A stretch of DNA of 64,000 nucleotides, taken from sequence record OR538032.1; one strand, written 5' to 3'. A program made the position numbers and the translations under genes. How positions within the stretch are numbered: position 1 is the stretch's first letter; each line of letters opens with the position of its first letter. Shown piece by piece: positions 19,336 to 26,385 of this stretch. The notes beneath the pieces are model-generated. The model had not been told where the DNA came from. It ran no database searches and saw nothing but the letters and a program-made list of their open reading frames with translations.

Positions 19336-19424
19336 TGGCGGAGATACTGGGAATCGAACCCAGAGAACGCTATTAACGTCCGACACCTTAGCAGGGTGCT
19401 GTCATACCTTTAGACCATATCTCC
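19336..19424 (-). tRNA. tRNA-Ser(GCT)
   Basis: cloverleaf, long variable arm, encoded CCA. Confidence 0.9.
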
Positions 19425-19429
19425 GTAGA

Positions 19430-19609
19430 TCATTTCTTACCACGCTCTGCTTTGCTAATCTCGACAGCAGCGATTTGCGCGTTGGCTTCTTTCTCAGTGT
19501 CATGAGTACCAAGTACTCGACCTTTAGATGAAAGAGCAACCCATTTGTCGCCACGCTTCTCGACTTTCTCAACAAGCTTGTGGTATTCATCAAACGTTTT
19601 AAGTTTCAT
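19430..19609 (-). CDS. 59-aa late protein MKLKTFDEYHKLVE..., putative internal head protein
   Basis: perfect TATAAATA at 19635-19642, GAGGGA RBS; translated by hand. Confidence 0.75.
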   Translation of the reverse strand: MKLKTFDEYHKLVEKVEKRGDKWVALSSKGRVLGTHDTEKEANAQIAAVEISKAERGKK

Positions 19610-19865
19610 TTGTCATCCCTCAGTTAGTTTATTGTATTTATAACTGAACGACTTTTAAACAGTGGCATGCTGCTCTCATGCTCAGACACATATTTGCTCT
19701 TATTGCAGGCGTGTGCCACGCGCAGCGCAGATCCCTTTTGATAATTTAATGACCAGCGGGACTCTTAGCAGGTCTTACACATAGCCTTTCAGCTATATCT
19801 TCTTTTAAGACCATAGTGTCGTACGGTCTAATCACTCTCTTTCGATTCGCGTTGCTAAGTGAATT

Positions 19866-19942
19866 TGGTGCCCAACCCGAGATTCGAACTCGGATCATCT
19901 AGTGTTTGAAACTAGCGCCTCTGCCAATTGGACTAGTTGGGC
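19866..19942 (-). tRNA. tRNA-Leu(CAA), short variable arm
   Basis: cloverleaf, CCA. Confidence 0.9.
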
Positions 19943-20057
19943 TTGAATGAGCTGCCGCAACTCTTTAATCCCTAACGCCTGTCAGCTTTCGCCCGGCTGA
20001 GACCGTTTTCAACGGCGGTAGTCTAGCTTCGTGTAGAACGCGGCTTATGCTAGAGTT

Positions 20058-20134
20058 TGGTACGCACGGGCGGATTCGAACCGCCATCCCTGAGATTTTA
20101 AGCCTCATGCCTCTGCCAATTGGACCACGTGCGC
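20058..20134 (-). tRNA. tRNA-Leu(TAA), short variable arm
   Basis: cloverleaf, CCA. Confidence 0.9.
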
Positions 20135-20136
20135 AG

Positions 20137-20210
20137 TGGAGCCCGAACAGAGAATCGAACTCTGACCGCGGGATTTGCAATCCCTCATACTTCCATTATA
20201 CGATTCGGGC
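20137..20210 (-). tRNA. tRNA-Cys(GCA)
   Basis: cloverleaf, U73, CCA. Confidence 0.9.
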
Positions 20211-20313
20211 AATTTGTTAGTGCATTGCATGGACTACTGGCGATCTTAATGGGTATCTCAAGCATTCAGAATTCCCATGCGCTACTACAATGCTTTTTTC
20301 GCTAAATGCACTT

Positions 20314-20390
20314 TGGGGTGACAGACGGGGATCGAACCCGCATCTTCCGGAATCACAACCCGGGGGTATTTCCACTTCACCCACTGCCAC
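20314..20390 (-). tRNA. tRNA-His(GTG)
   Basis: cloverleaf, C73, CCA. Confidence 0.9.
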
Positions 20391-20444
20391 ACCAAAGTAC
20401 ACTTTGGGATGTTTACGACATCAAACGAATGCGCTCCCTGTGCA

Positions 20445-20684
20445 TTAATCAGTTTTCTTTAAGTAGATACTATCAGGCGATAGCTCTCTCGTAAACATAT
20501 TTTTGAAATAAATTTCGATGTCATCAGAAGTTGTTGAAGACTCAATTTCAAGAGCACGTTCTAAAATCTTACCGCGTTTATAACCAGCGCGCCAACAGTC
20601 AAACATAAGTCTGTCCATGCGTTTCAGTTTTTCAATTTGGTTTTGATTTACGTATTCGTGAGTTTCAAGTAATACAGGCGTCAT
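20445..20684 (-). CDS. hypothetical protein in tRNA cluster
   Basis: 79-aa ORF filling the inter-tRNA gap. Confidence 0.6.
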   Translation of the reverse strand: MTPVLLETHEYVNQNQIEKLKRMDRLMFDCWRAGYKRGKILERALEIESSTTSDDIEIYFKNMFTRELSPDSIYLKKTD

Positions 20685-20707
20685 AATTTATTTCTCATCA
20701 TAAAGAA

Positions 20708-20781
20708 TGGTAGTCCCTAGTGGAATCGAGCCACTTCTTTCTCTGTGTAAAAGAGACGTACTGCCATTATACTAAGGGACC
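20708..20781 (-). tRNA. tRNA-Val(TAC)
   Basis: cloverleaf; C in place of T54. Confidence 0.85.
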
Positions 20782-20786
20782 AAAAT

Positions 20787-20860
20787 TGGAGCGGGTACAC
20801 GGACTCGAACCGAGACGAACGACTTGGAAGGACGTCATGCTACCATTACATCATACCCGC
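20787..20860 (-). tRNA. tRNA-Gly(TCC)
   Basis: cloverleaf, U73, CCA. Confidence 0.9.
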
Positions 20861-21047
20861 ATTGTTAATCTGAAGCGTCGAACAAATCACGTATTGCACG
20901 CAGATTCGTAAGCTCTACAGTAAGTGTTCTTATAAAGAACGGGTTGGTCTCTTTCGCGAGACGATTTTCAACACAGCGAATCTTATCGCGTATGTTGCCC
21001 TTGCTTAGTGTAAAGTAGTCATGCTTCTTATCCTCTTTGCTTGAATT

Positions 21048-21123
21048 TGGTGGAGACACCGATACTCGAAATCGGATCTAATGGCTTATGAGACCATTGC
21101 TCTACCACTTGAGCTACATCTCC
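21048..21123 (-). tRNA. tRNA-Met(CAT), elongator type
   Basis: cloverleaf, CCA. Confidence 0.85.
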
Positions 21124-21134
21124 AAAATCAGTAA

Positions 21135-21348
21135 TTAACTCATTTAATCGCACACGGGCTGACACCATATATTCATGGTCTGAGCGAGGAACCACATAGT
21201 GGGTACTGTCACCTCATCTTAGTTTTGATTGTTTTACATGACGATAACTAGAAACGTTCATAATAATGCCACGCGATACTTCCTGTATCACGGCTAACTG
21301 AGTTAGCAAACTTGCCTTGCGGCTGTAGTGTCGTTTCCGACGAATTAA
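21135..21348 (-). ncRNA. about 214-nt structured ncRNA with GNRA hairpins
   Basis: closing stem TTAATTCGT/ATGAGTTAA; GTCG-GAAA-CGAC, GCC-GCAA-GGC and other hairpins. Confidence 0.55.
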
Positions 21349-21349
21349 G

Positions 21350-21566
21350 TACAGACAATACCGAAGTGTTTTTCGTCTTTTGCATTAATCGGAGTTGACT
21401 AGCTTATTGATTCTCAACAAGCAAATATCGTCTGTTTCAGCGACGCGCCTATCTGACTATTTCTAGGCAGAGAGAATCTTTCCTTTCAAGCTGCGCCGAA
21501 GCACTGCCCAGGTTAAGATCATTACCATTTTTAAGTAATTTTCAATTGTTTGCTGTATATTGTCTC
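21350..21566 (-). ncRNA. about 215-nt structured ncRNA carrying the CWGCA motif (paralog 2)
   Basis: terminal stem AGACAATA/TATTGTCT; 3' block homologous to 19075-19325. Confidence 0.7.
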
Positions 21567-21626
21567 TCTACCATACTCATGATATGCCGAAGCAAAGTAT
21601 CATTCGCCGCATGATAGAGCTTAATT

Positions 21627-21702
21627 TGGCACGCCGTATGAGATTCGAACTCATAACCCCATCCTTAGAAGGGACGTGCTCTTCCAATTGAGCTAACAGC
21701 GC
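21627..21702 (-). tRNA. tRNA-Arg(TCT)
   Basis: cloverleaf, CCA. Confidence 0.9.
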
Positions 21703-21778
21703 ATTAAAAGAATTCGATCCATGAGCTATTGCGCAGACGATGGTAGTAAAGAGACTCTGCACTCATGTGATCGAAATT

Positions 21779-21853
21779 TGGTGGACACGCAGGGAGTCGA
21801 ACCCTATCTTCCTCATTGCAAGTGAGGCGCTTTCCCAATTAAGCTAACGGCCC
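21779..21853 (-). tRNA. tRNA-Ala(TGC)
   Basis: G3-U70, anticodon TGC; irregular acceptor stem. Confidence 0.8.
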
Positions 21854-21864
21854 AATGTTCGTTT

Positions 21865-22074
21865 TTACAACTGTGTGATTGAGATATGATCCCAGCCGTA
21901 TAAACCTTCAAGTTCTTCAATAGGCTCACAAACAATGTCAGAAATATATTCAGCAACTTTTGCTTCAATTTCTTCATCAGATAGCTTTTCATCAATTGCA
22001 AAAGCATCTTCATTATTGTTGCCACCGAAATAGCCACCAATGTCATATTCACACCATACTGAAATATAGTTCAT
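21865..22074 (-). CDS. acidic hypothetical protein (69 aa)
   Basis: GAGA RBS before ATG 22074. Confidence 0.6.
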   Translation of the reverse strand: MNYISVWCEYDIGGYFGGNNNEDAFAIDEKLSDEEIEAKVAEYISDIVCEPIEELEGLYGWDHISITQL

Positions 22075-22098
22075 GTTATTCTCACAGTTGTTTGAAAA

Positions 22099-22174
22099 TG
22101 GTGCCCTGACACGGATTTGAACCGCGAACCTGCTCATTACAAGTGAGCTGCACTGCCAATTGTGCTATCAGGGC
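22099..22174 (-). tRNA. tRNA-Thr(TGT)
   Basis: cloverleaf, CCA. Confidence 0.9.
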
Positions 22175-22180
22175 GTTACT

Positions 22181-22293
22181 GAGTGTTATTACTTGCGTCG
22201 TCCAGACCAGAGATACCAACTCTGAAAGGGAATCGAACCCCAAACATTTCTTTTCGTAAGAAGAATATTAGTAATTGTTTGCTGAAAACACTC
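22181..22293 (-). ncRNA. circularly permuted tRNA-like RNA (YrlA/Y-RNA-like architecture)
   Basis: terminal stems with bulged TTCAGCAAACA, internal T-arm GGGG-TTCGATT-CCC, loop-closed acceptor-like stem. Confidence 0.7.
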
Positions 22294-22302
22294 TTCGGTA
22301 TT

Positions 22303-22376
22303 TGGCAGGGGATAACGGATTCGAACCGGTACTGCGTGAGTCAAAGTCACGTATGCTGCCTTTACATCAATCCCCT
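22303..22376 (-). tRNA. tRNA-Gln(TTG)
   Basis: cloverleaf, G73, CCA. Confidence 0.9.
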
Positions 22377-22395
22377 ATTATTCTTAAATTATCTT

Positions 22396-22471
22396 TGGCG
22401 GAACCGACGGGTTTCGAACCCGCTACCTTCTCCGTGACAGGGAGACATGCAACCACTTACACCTCGGCTCC
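22396..22471 (-). tRNA. tRNA-Asp(GTC)
   Basis: cloverleaf, G73, CCA. Confidence 0.9.
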
Positions 22472-22694
22472 CCAAAGACAACTTAATAGTTGCTTTGTGC
22501 TCGTGCAAACCAAACACTAGCTGAACGACTTCTTGATTTCTTAGTTTTACTACACATTCCCTCGCTAAAGGGCATCATCGTTCTTGTTTTTAACAAATGC
22601 TATGAAAGTGAGATCTTGCTATGCAGGAGGTTTCAAATCTCTGCACACAAGCAGACATCGCAACCAACGCTCTCAAACATTGTCATGGTCAAAC

Positions 22695-22769
22695 TGGCGC
22701 TCCGTGTAGGACTCGAACCTACAGCCTTTCGGTTAACAGCCGATTGCTCCACCATTGAGCTAACGAAGC
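22695..22769 (-). tRNA. tRNA-Asn(GTT)
   Basis: cloverleaf, G73, CCA. Confidence 0.9.
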
Positions 22770-22772
22770 GTA

Positions 22773-23150
22773 TTATTTATTCGATGCGTGTTCTTCTCTG
22801 TGGCAATTCGCACATAACATGATGCATTTATCAAGCTCTGGGACAATTCTCTCCCATCGTTTGCAACCGCCACTAGCAATGCCAAAGTCTTTCCCATTCG
22901 GGTCTGTATGATGAAACTCTAATGCTTCAATGCACTTATCATACCCACATCGTTCACAGCAACCACCTTTATATTCAACCGCCCTCAATTTAGTACGGCG
23001 TCTATATGATACCACTGCTTCTTTATTCTTTTGTTTTCTCTCGTCATCTGTTCGAAATTTCAATTTCTTACCGTTGTATAAACCAGCACATCGACGACTA
23101 CAGAATTTATTGTTGTGTGTTTCTGCACCACACTCTAAGCATTTATTCAT
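22773..23150 (-). CDS. HNH endonuclease (homing-endonuclease-like)
   Basis: CLECG...FCSRRC zinc motif; CERCG...EFHH...LCANCHREEH. Confidence 0.85.
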   Translation of the reverse strand: MNKCLECGAETHNNKFCSRRCAGLYNGKKLKFRTDDERKQKNKEAVVSYRRRTKLRAVEYKGGCCERCGYDKCIEALEFHHTDPNGKDFGIASGGCKRWERIVPELDKCIMLCANCHREEHASNK

Positions 23151-23290
23151 CTGAATTACTCAATTAATAGTTAATAAAGTAACCCAAAGGAGAGTATAGC
23201 CCGCCACATTCGTAAGTGAATGACTCTATTACTACTTAGCAATTACATTCAAGCGTTACCAAGAACCATGCCACGTAGCTTTAAATTAAA

Positions 23291-23349
23291 CAGCAATCCT
23301 TTTCTCTTTTTCCAAATAAAAGTTTTGTATTGTTTGCTGAAAGATTGCT
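23291..23349 (-). ncRNA. short hairpin RNA carrying the CWGCA motif
   Basis: AGCAATCTTT/AAGGATTGCT stem, CAGCAAACAAT bulge. Confidence 0.55.
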
Positions 23350-23355
23350 TAATTC

Positions 23356-23429
23356 TGGCAGGGACATAGAGATTCGAACTCTAACGAACGGGTTTGGAAT
23401 CCGTCATGCTGCCGTTACATCATGTCCCT
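23356..23429 (-). tRNA. tRNA-Trp(CCA)
   Basis: cloverleaf, G73, CCA. Confidence 0.9.
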
Positions 23430-23435
23430 AAAATT

Positions 23436-23509
23436 TGGTAGCCCCAGACAGACTCGAACTGTCAACGTGCGATTATCGGTCGCGTGTTTTACCGTTAAAC
23501 TATGGAGCT
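23436..23509 (-). tRNA. tRNA-Ile(GAT)
   Basis: cloverleaf; C at position 33. Confidence 0.85.
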
Positions 23510-23573
23510 AAAGTGAGCACATTTCAGTGCTCGTGTTAATCGGTTAAGTGACTAAACTTCCCGGTTAACTAAT

Positions 23574-23672
23574 TGGCGGAAGACTAGGGATTCGAACCCT
23601 AACATCACCTCCCGGTGACCGACGGTTTTCAAGACCGTTGCCGCTACCCAGAATCTTTCGGCTAAGCCTTCC
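23574..23672 (-). tRNA. tRNA-Ser(TGA), enlarged D-loop
   Basis: long variable arm, G73, CCA; 99 nt. Confidence 0.85.
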
Positions 23673-23679
23673 ATTAATT

Positions 23680-23756
23680 TGGTTGCGTGGGGCTGGATTC
23701 GAACCAGCGTTCTCCGGCTTATGAGACCGACGAGATGACCACTTCTCTACCCCGCA
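23680..23756 (-). tRNA. tRNA-Met(CAT), initiator-like
   Basis: TGCGGGG acceptor with bulge, fMet-like D arm, CAT anticodon. Confidence 0.75.
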
Positions 23757-23764
23757 ATTATTCA

Positions 23765-23853
23765 ACAGCTTGCGTTCTTTGGTCTGTTTATCGCTGTCTG
23801 AACTGAGTTCGCCGAGCGATCAATAGATTAAGTTAAATTGCAGTATGCAAGCT
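23765..23853 (-). ncRNA. about 87-nt RNA carrying the CWGCA motif
   Basis: AGCTTGC/GCAAGCT stem followed by ATACTGCAA; inner ATCGCT/AGCGAT stem. Confidence 0.6.
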
Positions 23854-23858
23854 AAATT

Positions 23859-23944
23859 TGGTGGAGCGTAGAGGAATCGAACCTCTCTTCCCATTACGGG
23901 ACACGGATTTACAGTCCGCTGCGCCACCTTGGCGCATACGCTCC
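23859..23944 (-). tRNA. tRNA-Tyr(GTA)
   Basis: long variable arm, CCA. Confidence 0.9.
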
Positions 23945-23950
23945 GGAATT

Positions 23951-24024
23951 TGGTACTCGATACGGGAGTCGAACCCGTCCTACTTCCTTGAAAGGGAAGT
24001 GACCTACCGATAGTCGAATCGAGC
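23951..24024 (-). tRNA. tRNA-Glu(TTC)
   Basis: cloverleaf, CCA. Confidence 0.9.
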
Positions 24025-24087
24025 ATTAAATTGTATATTGATTTGCAAGCTAATCAACTCGCAAAGCGATACACAATGTATCTAATT

Positions 24088-24164
24088 TGGTACGCCGCCC
24101 TGGACTCGAACCAGACACCTGAGAGTTAAAAGCTCCCTGCTCTTCCATGATGAGCTACCGACGC
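24088..24164 (-). tRNA. tRNA-Lys(TTT)
   Basis: cloverleaf, CCA. Confidence 0.9.
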
Positions 24165-24175
24165 ATTATAAAATC

Positions 24176-24250
24176 TGGTGGGTCGCAAGAGATTCGAACT
24201 CTCACCGTTCTGGTTAAAAGCCAGATGTACTACCGTTATACGAACGACCC
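24176..24250 (-). tRNA. tRNA-Lys(TTT), second divergent copy
   Basis: cloverleaf, CCA. Confidence 0.9.
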
Positions 24251-24256
24251 AGAATG

Positions 24257-24331
24257 TGGTGCACCCCCTCGGAATCGAACCGAGCACTGCGGGACTTCAA
24301 TCCGCCGCTTTTCCTGATAAGCTAAGGGTGC
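24257..24331 (-). tRNA. tRNA-Phe(GAA)
   Basis: cloverleaf, CCA. Confidence 0.9.
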
Positions 24332-24341
24332 ATGGTACGCA

Positions 24342-24418
24342 TGGTACGCATGAAGAGATTCGAACTCTTAACTTCTGGCTTCTAAGACCAGTGCCTCTGC
24401 CAATTGGGCTACATGCGC
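24342..24418 (-). tRNA. tRNA-Leu(TAG), short variable arm
   Basis: cloverleaf, CCA. Confidence 0.9.
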
Positions 24419-24454
24419 ATTATTCGTTTTTGAACGTTACTTCGTTCTTCTTCA

Positions 24455-24650
24455 TTGTACATGATGTTTATATCGTTGTAAACATCGTTTTTGAAAAATT
24501 TTCATTCAGTTTTGAATGAGATTTCGCTTTTCTCTATTGTACATGATGTTTTCGTCATTGTAAACATCTTTCTGAATTTATTTTGAAGAACTTAACGTTT
24601 TCATTTTTCTATGTGTTAATCTTAACACTCGCTCAAGACATCTTAAACAC
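24455..24650 (-). promoter_or_regulatory. three tandem early promoters driving the downstream tRNA block
   Basis: two near-duplicate TTTACA-N17-TACAAT and one TTTAAG-N17-TAAGAT. Confidence 0.7.
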
Positions 24651-24728
24651 TAATTTGTGAAAAAGTTCGTTAAATTCTATCATCACGACAGTACTTAACG
24701 AGATACGGTCCTAAGCGTATCATATCAA

Positions 24729-24856
24729 TTCAGAATGGTGAGACTTGAACTCACTTCGAGTAATAGCGTAAACTAACAGTTGTTGCCAGAGGCTATCAAT
24801 TATTCTCTACCGAGTATGTTGCAACTCTGCATTTCCCCATTTCTAGGCATTCTGAA
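24729..24856 (-). ncRNA. 128-nt RNA with tRNA-like acceptor and T-arm and expanded interior
   Basis: TTCAGAATG/CATTCTGAA stem; GTGAG-TTCAAGT-CTCAC; no CCA. Confidence 0.6.
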
Positions 24857-24859
24857 ATA

Positions 24860-24935
24860 TGGCACCCAATACAAGATTCGAACTTGTAACCTTCGCCTTC
24901 GTAGGGCGCTGCTCTTCCAATTGAGCTAATCGGGC
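24860..24935 (-). tRNA. tRNA-Arg(ACG)
   Basis: cloverleaf, CCA. Confidence 0.9.
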
Positions 24936-24943
24936 ATTAAAAC

Positions 24944-25020
24944 TGGTCCGTGACAAGCGATTCGAACGCTTAACTTCTCCGCCCCAAACGGAGTACTCTA
25001 CCAGATTGAGCTAGTCACGG
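24944..25020 (-). tRNA. tRNA-Pro(TGG)
   Basis: C1-G72, G37, CCA. Confidence 0.9.
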
Positions 25021-25029
25021 ATTTTAAAT

Positions 25030-25103
25030 TGGTCGGGACGAAGAGACTCGAACTCTTACCACATGCTCCCAAAGCATGAACGCTGCCTTTACGCCACGTC
25101 CCG
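25030..25103 (-). tRNA. tRNA-Pro(TGG), second divergent copy
   Basis: C1-G72, CCA. Confidence 0.9.
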
Positions 25104-25471
25104 TTTGTTCTTTAACTTTGTTTATCATACTCTGCTTTCAAAGTACGTTAAACAAAATTTTTTGATTTCCTTCGCCCATAAAAAAGGACGCTACGTGCGT
25201 CCTCAAGTATACTTCTATGTTATACTATTGGACTACGTTTGTGGAGACCACTCTTGTTTCGCACACGGATTCGCTAGATACACGAATTCTGAGCGCAGAA
25301 AATCGCTGCGTAAAATCATATCAGAATGTGTATTCGAATGTGTCATGGAAACTCTCTAAACGTTAAAAATAAAAATGTTTTTGTTTGTATAATAGTACTT
25401 ATAACACCAAATTTGACGATTTGCGGTATTTTCGCAGAAAATTGAAAAAAATTCAACTTTCTGCGATTTTC

Positions 25472-25705
25472 TTATCGACCTAGGTGTTTTCGCTTGTTCA
25501 TTTCAACGAGAATTTCATCGTTGTAATGGCGGTTCAGTTCAACATACTTCTTGTGTTGTTCTGAAGTCAACTCGTTAGTGTCATTCAGATGCTTCAAGAA
25601 CCCAAGAGGCTTGCGAAACGACTTGCGATATTCGTTCAGACGCTCGTCCGTTAGATTATGCAGTTGTTTCGGAGTCAGTAACGTTTTATTGATGTCAAAA
25701 CTCAT
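25472..25705 (-). CDS. hypothetical protein
   Basis: GAGG RBS before ATG 25705. Confidence 0.65.
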   Translation of the reverse strand: MSFDINKTLLTPKQLHNLTDERLNEYRKSFRKPLGFLKHLNDTNELTSEQHKKYVELNRHYNDEILVEMNKRKHLGR

Positions 25706-25729
25706 GTTGTACCTCACTTGTTATTAAAA

Positions 25730-25845
25730 TGGTAGTCGGGGCTGGATTCGAACCAGCGACCACGTGCTTAACAGGCAATTGAAGGAGTGCTGGAGCGATA
25801 CTTGTCAGTATCATTCTTCGTGCTCTACCACTGAGCTACCCGACT
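25730..25845 (-). ncRNA. tRNA-Asn(GTT) scaffold with 41-nt motif insertion in the anticodon stem
   Basis: deleting 25778-25818 gives a regular 75-nt cloverleaf with CCA. Confidence 0.8.
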
Positions 25846-25850
25846 ATGAA

Positions 25851-26372
25851 TTATTTAACTTTGAACTTCAAATTACGCCAGTCAAAGTTTCGTTTGTTCT
25901 TTGTGTTGTAGAACGTGCCCCAATCAATAGCAATCGGACAGTTCTTACTACCTACACGAGCGATAAATACATCGTGAGTCTCGCTGTAACGCTCTCTAAG
26001 CTCCTTTAAACGCTTATCGTAGTTAGCGATATACTCAGCACACGCTTTGTTGTAAGCTGCTTTAGAGAAGCGTTCGTTACTCGAAAATACATTACCTAGA
26101 TAAGGTCGAATAACACGAACTCGTTCTTTAGACCAACCCATACTAAAGCTGTTTTCAATCTCACCTGAGATTTCACCAGTCTTCTTACATCTAGCAAGAA
26201 TGACCCAGCAACGTTCACGCCGAAAATCTTTTCGTACATACACGTTAACGTGCTTGTCAATGTACTCTTGATAACGAGCGTTATACTCAGCACGCAGTTT
26301 ATTGCGCACTTCAGGCGACATTGCAGCTCGTTCTTCTTTCGAAAACGCTTGTGCAAATTTCAATGGTTTCAT
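25851..26372 (-). CDS. basic hypothetical protein (173 aa)
   Basis: GAGGA RBS before ATG 26372. Confidence 0.7.
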   Translation of the reverse strand: MKPLKFAQAFSKEERAAMSPEVRNKLRAEYNARYQEYIDKHVNVYVRKDFRRERCWVILARCKKTGEISGEIENSFSMGWSKERVRVIRPYLGNVFSSNERFSKAAYNKACAEYIANYDKRLKELRERYSETHDVFIARVGSKNCPIAIDWGTFYNTKNKRNFDWRNLKFKVK

Positions 26373-26385
26373 TATAATTTCCTCT

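Noticed and set aside
20865-21059. 64-aa ORF between tRNA-Gly and tRNA-Met
   Set aside because: Its start lies inside the tRNA, and the strong GAGGA-ATG is out of frame (MTTLH-stop). It may be a frameshifted remnant or an error, so it was not called.
22605-22640. Extra motif copy TGAAAC-CTC-CTGCA
   Set aside because: Lacks the first G and the C-WG partner, so it was not counted.
24030-24085. Spacer with CTTGCAAATCAAT resembling the motif tail
   Set aside because: No CWGCA core or paired helix.
24332-24350. Duplicated tRNA-Leu 3' end (TGCGTACCA twice) as an att site
   Set aside because: Only 9 nt, directly tandem, with no integrase or inserted DNA; probably replication slippage.
25234-25347. 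37-aa - strand ORF MTHSNTHSDMILRSDF... before a terminator
   Set aside because: Weak RBS and no recognisable motif; cannot be supported without conservation data.
19106-25359. Many 60-110-aa ORFs over tRNA genes and antisense ORFs within structural genes
   Set aside because: They overlap RNA genes or long sense ORFs, lack an RBS, and are best explained as shadow frames.
25778-25818. Group I or II intron in tRNA
   Set aside because: 41 nt is far too short and there are no catalytic core motifs.
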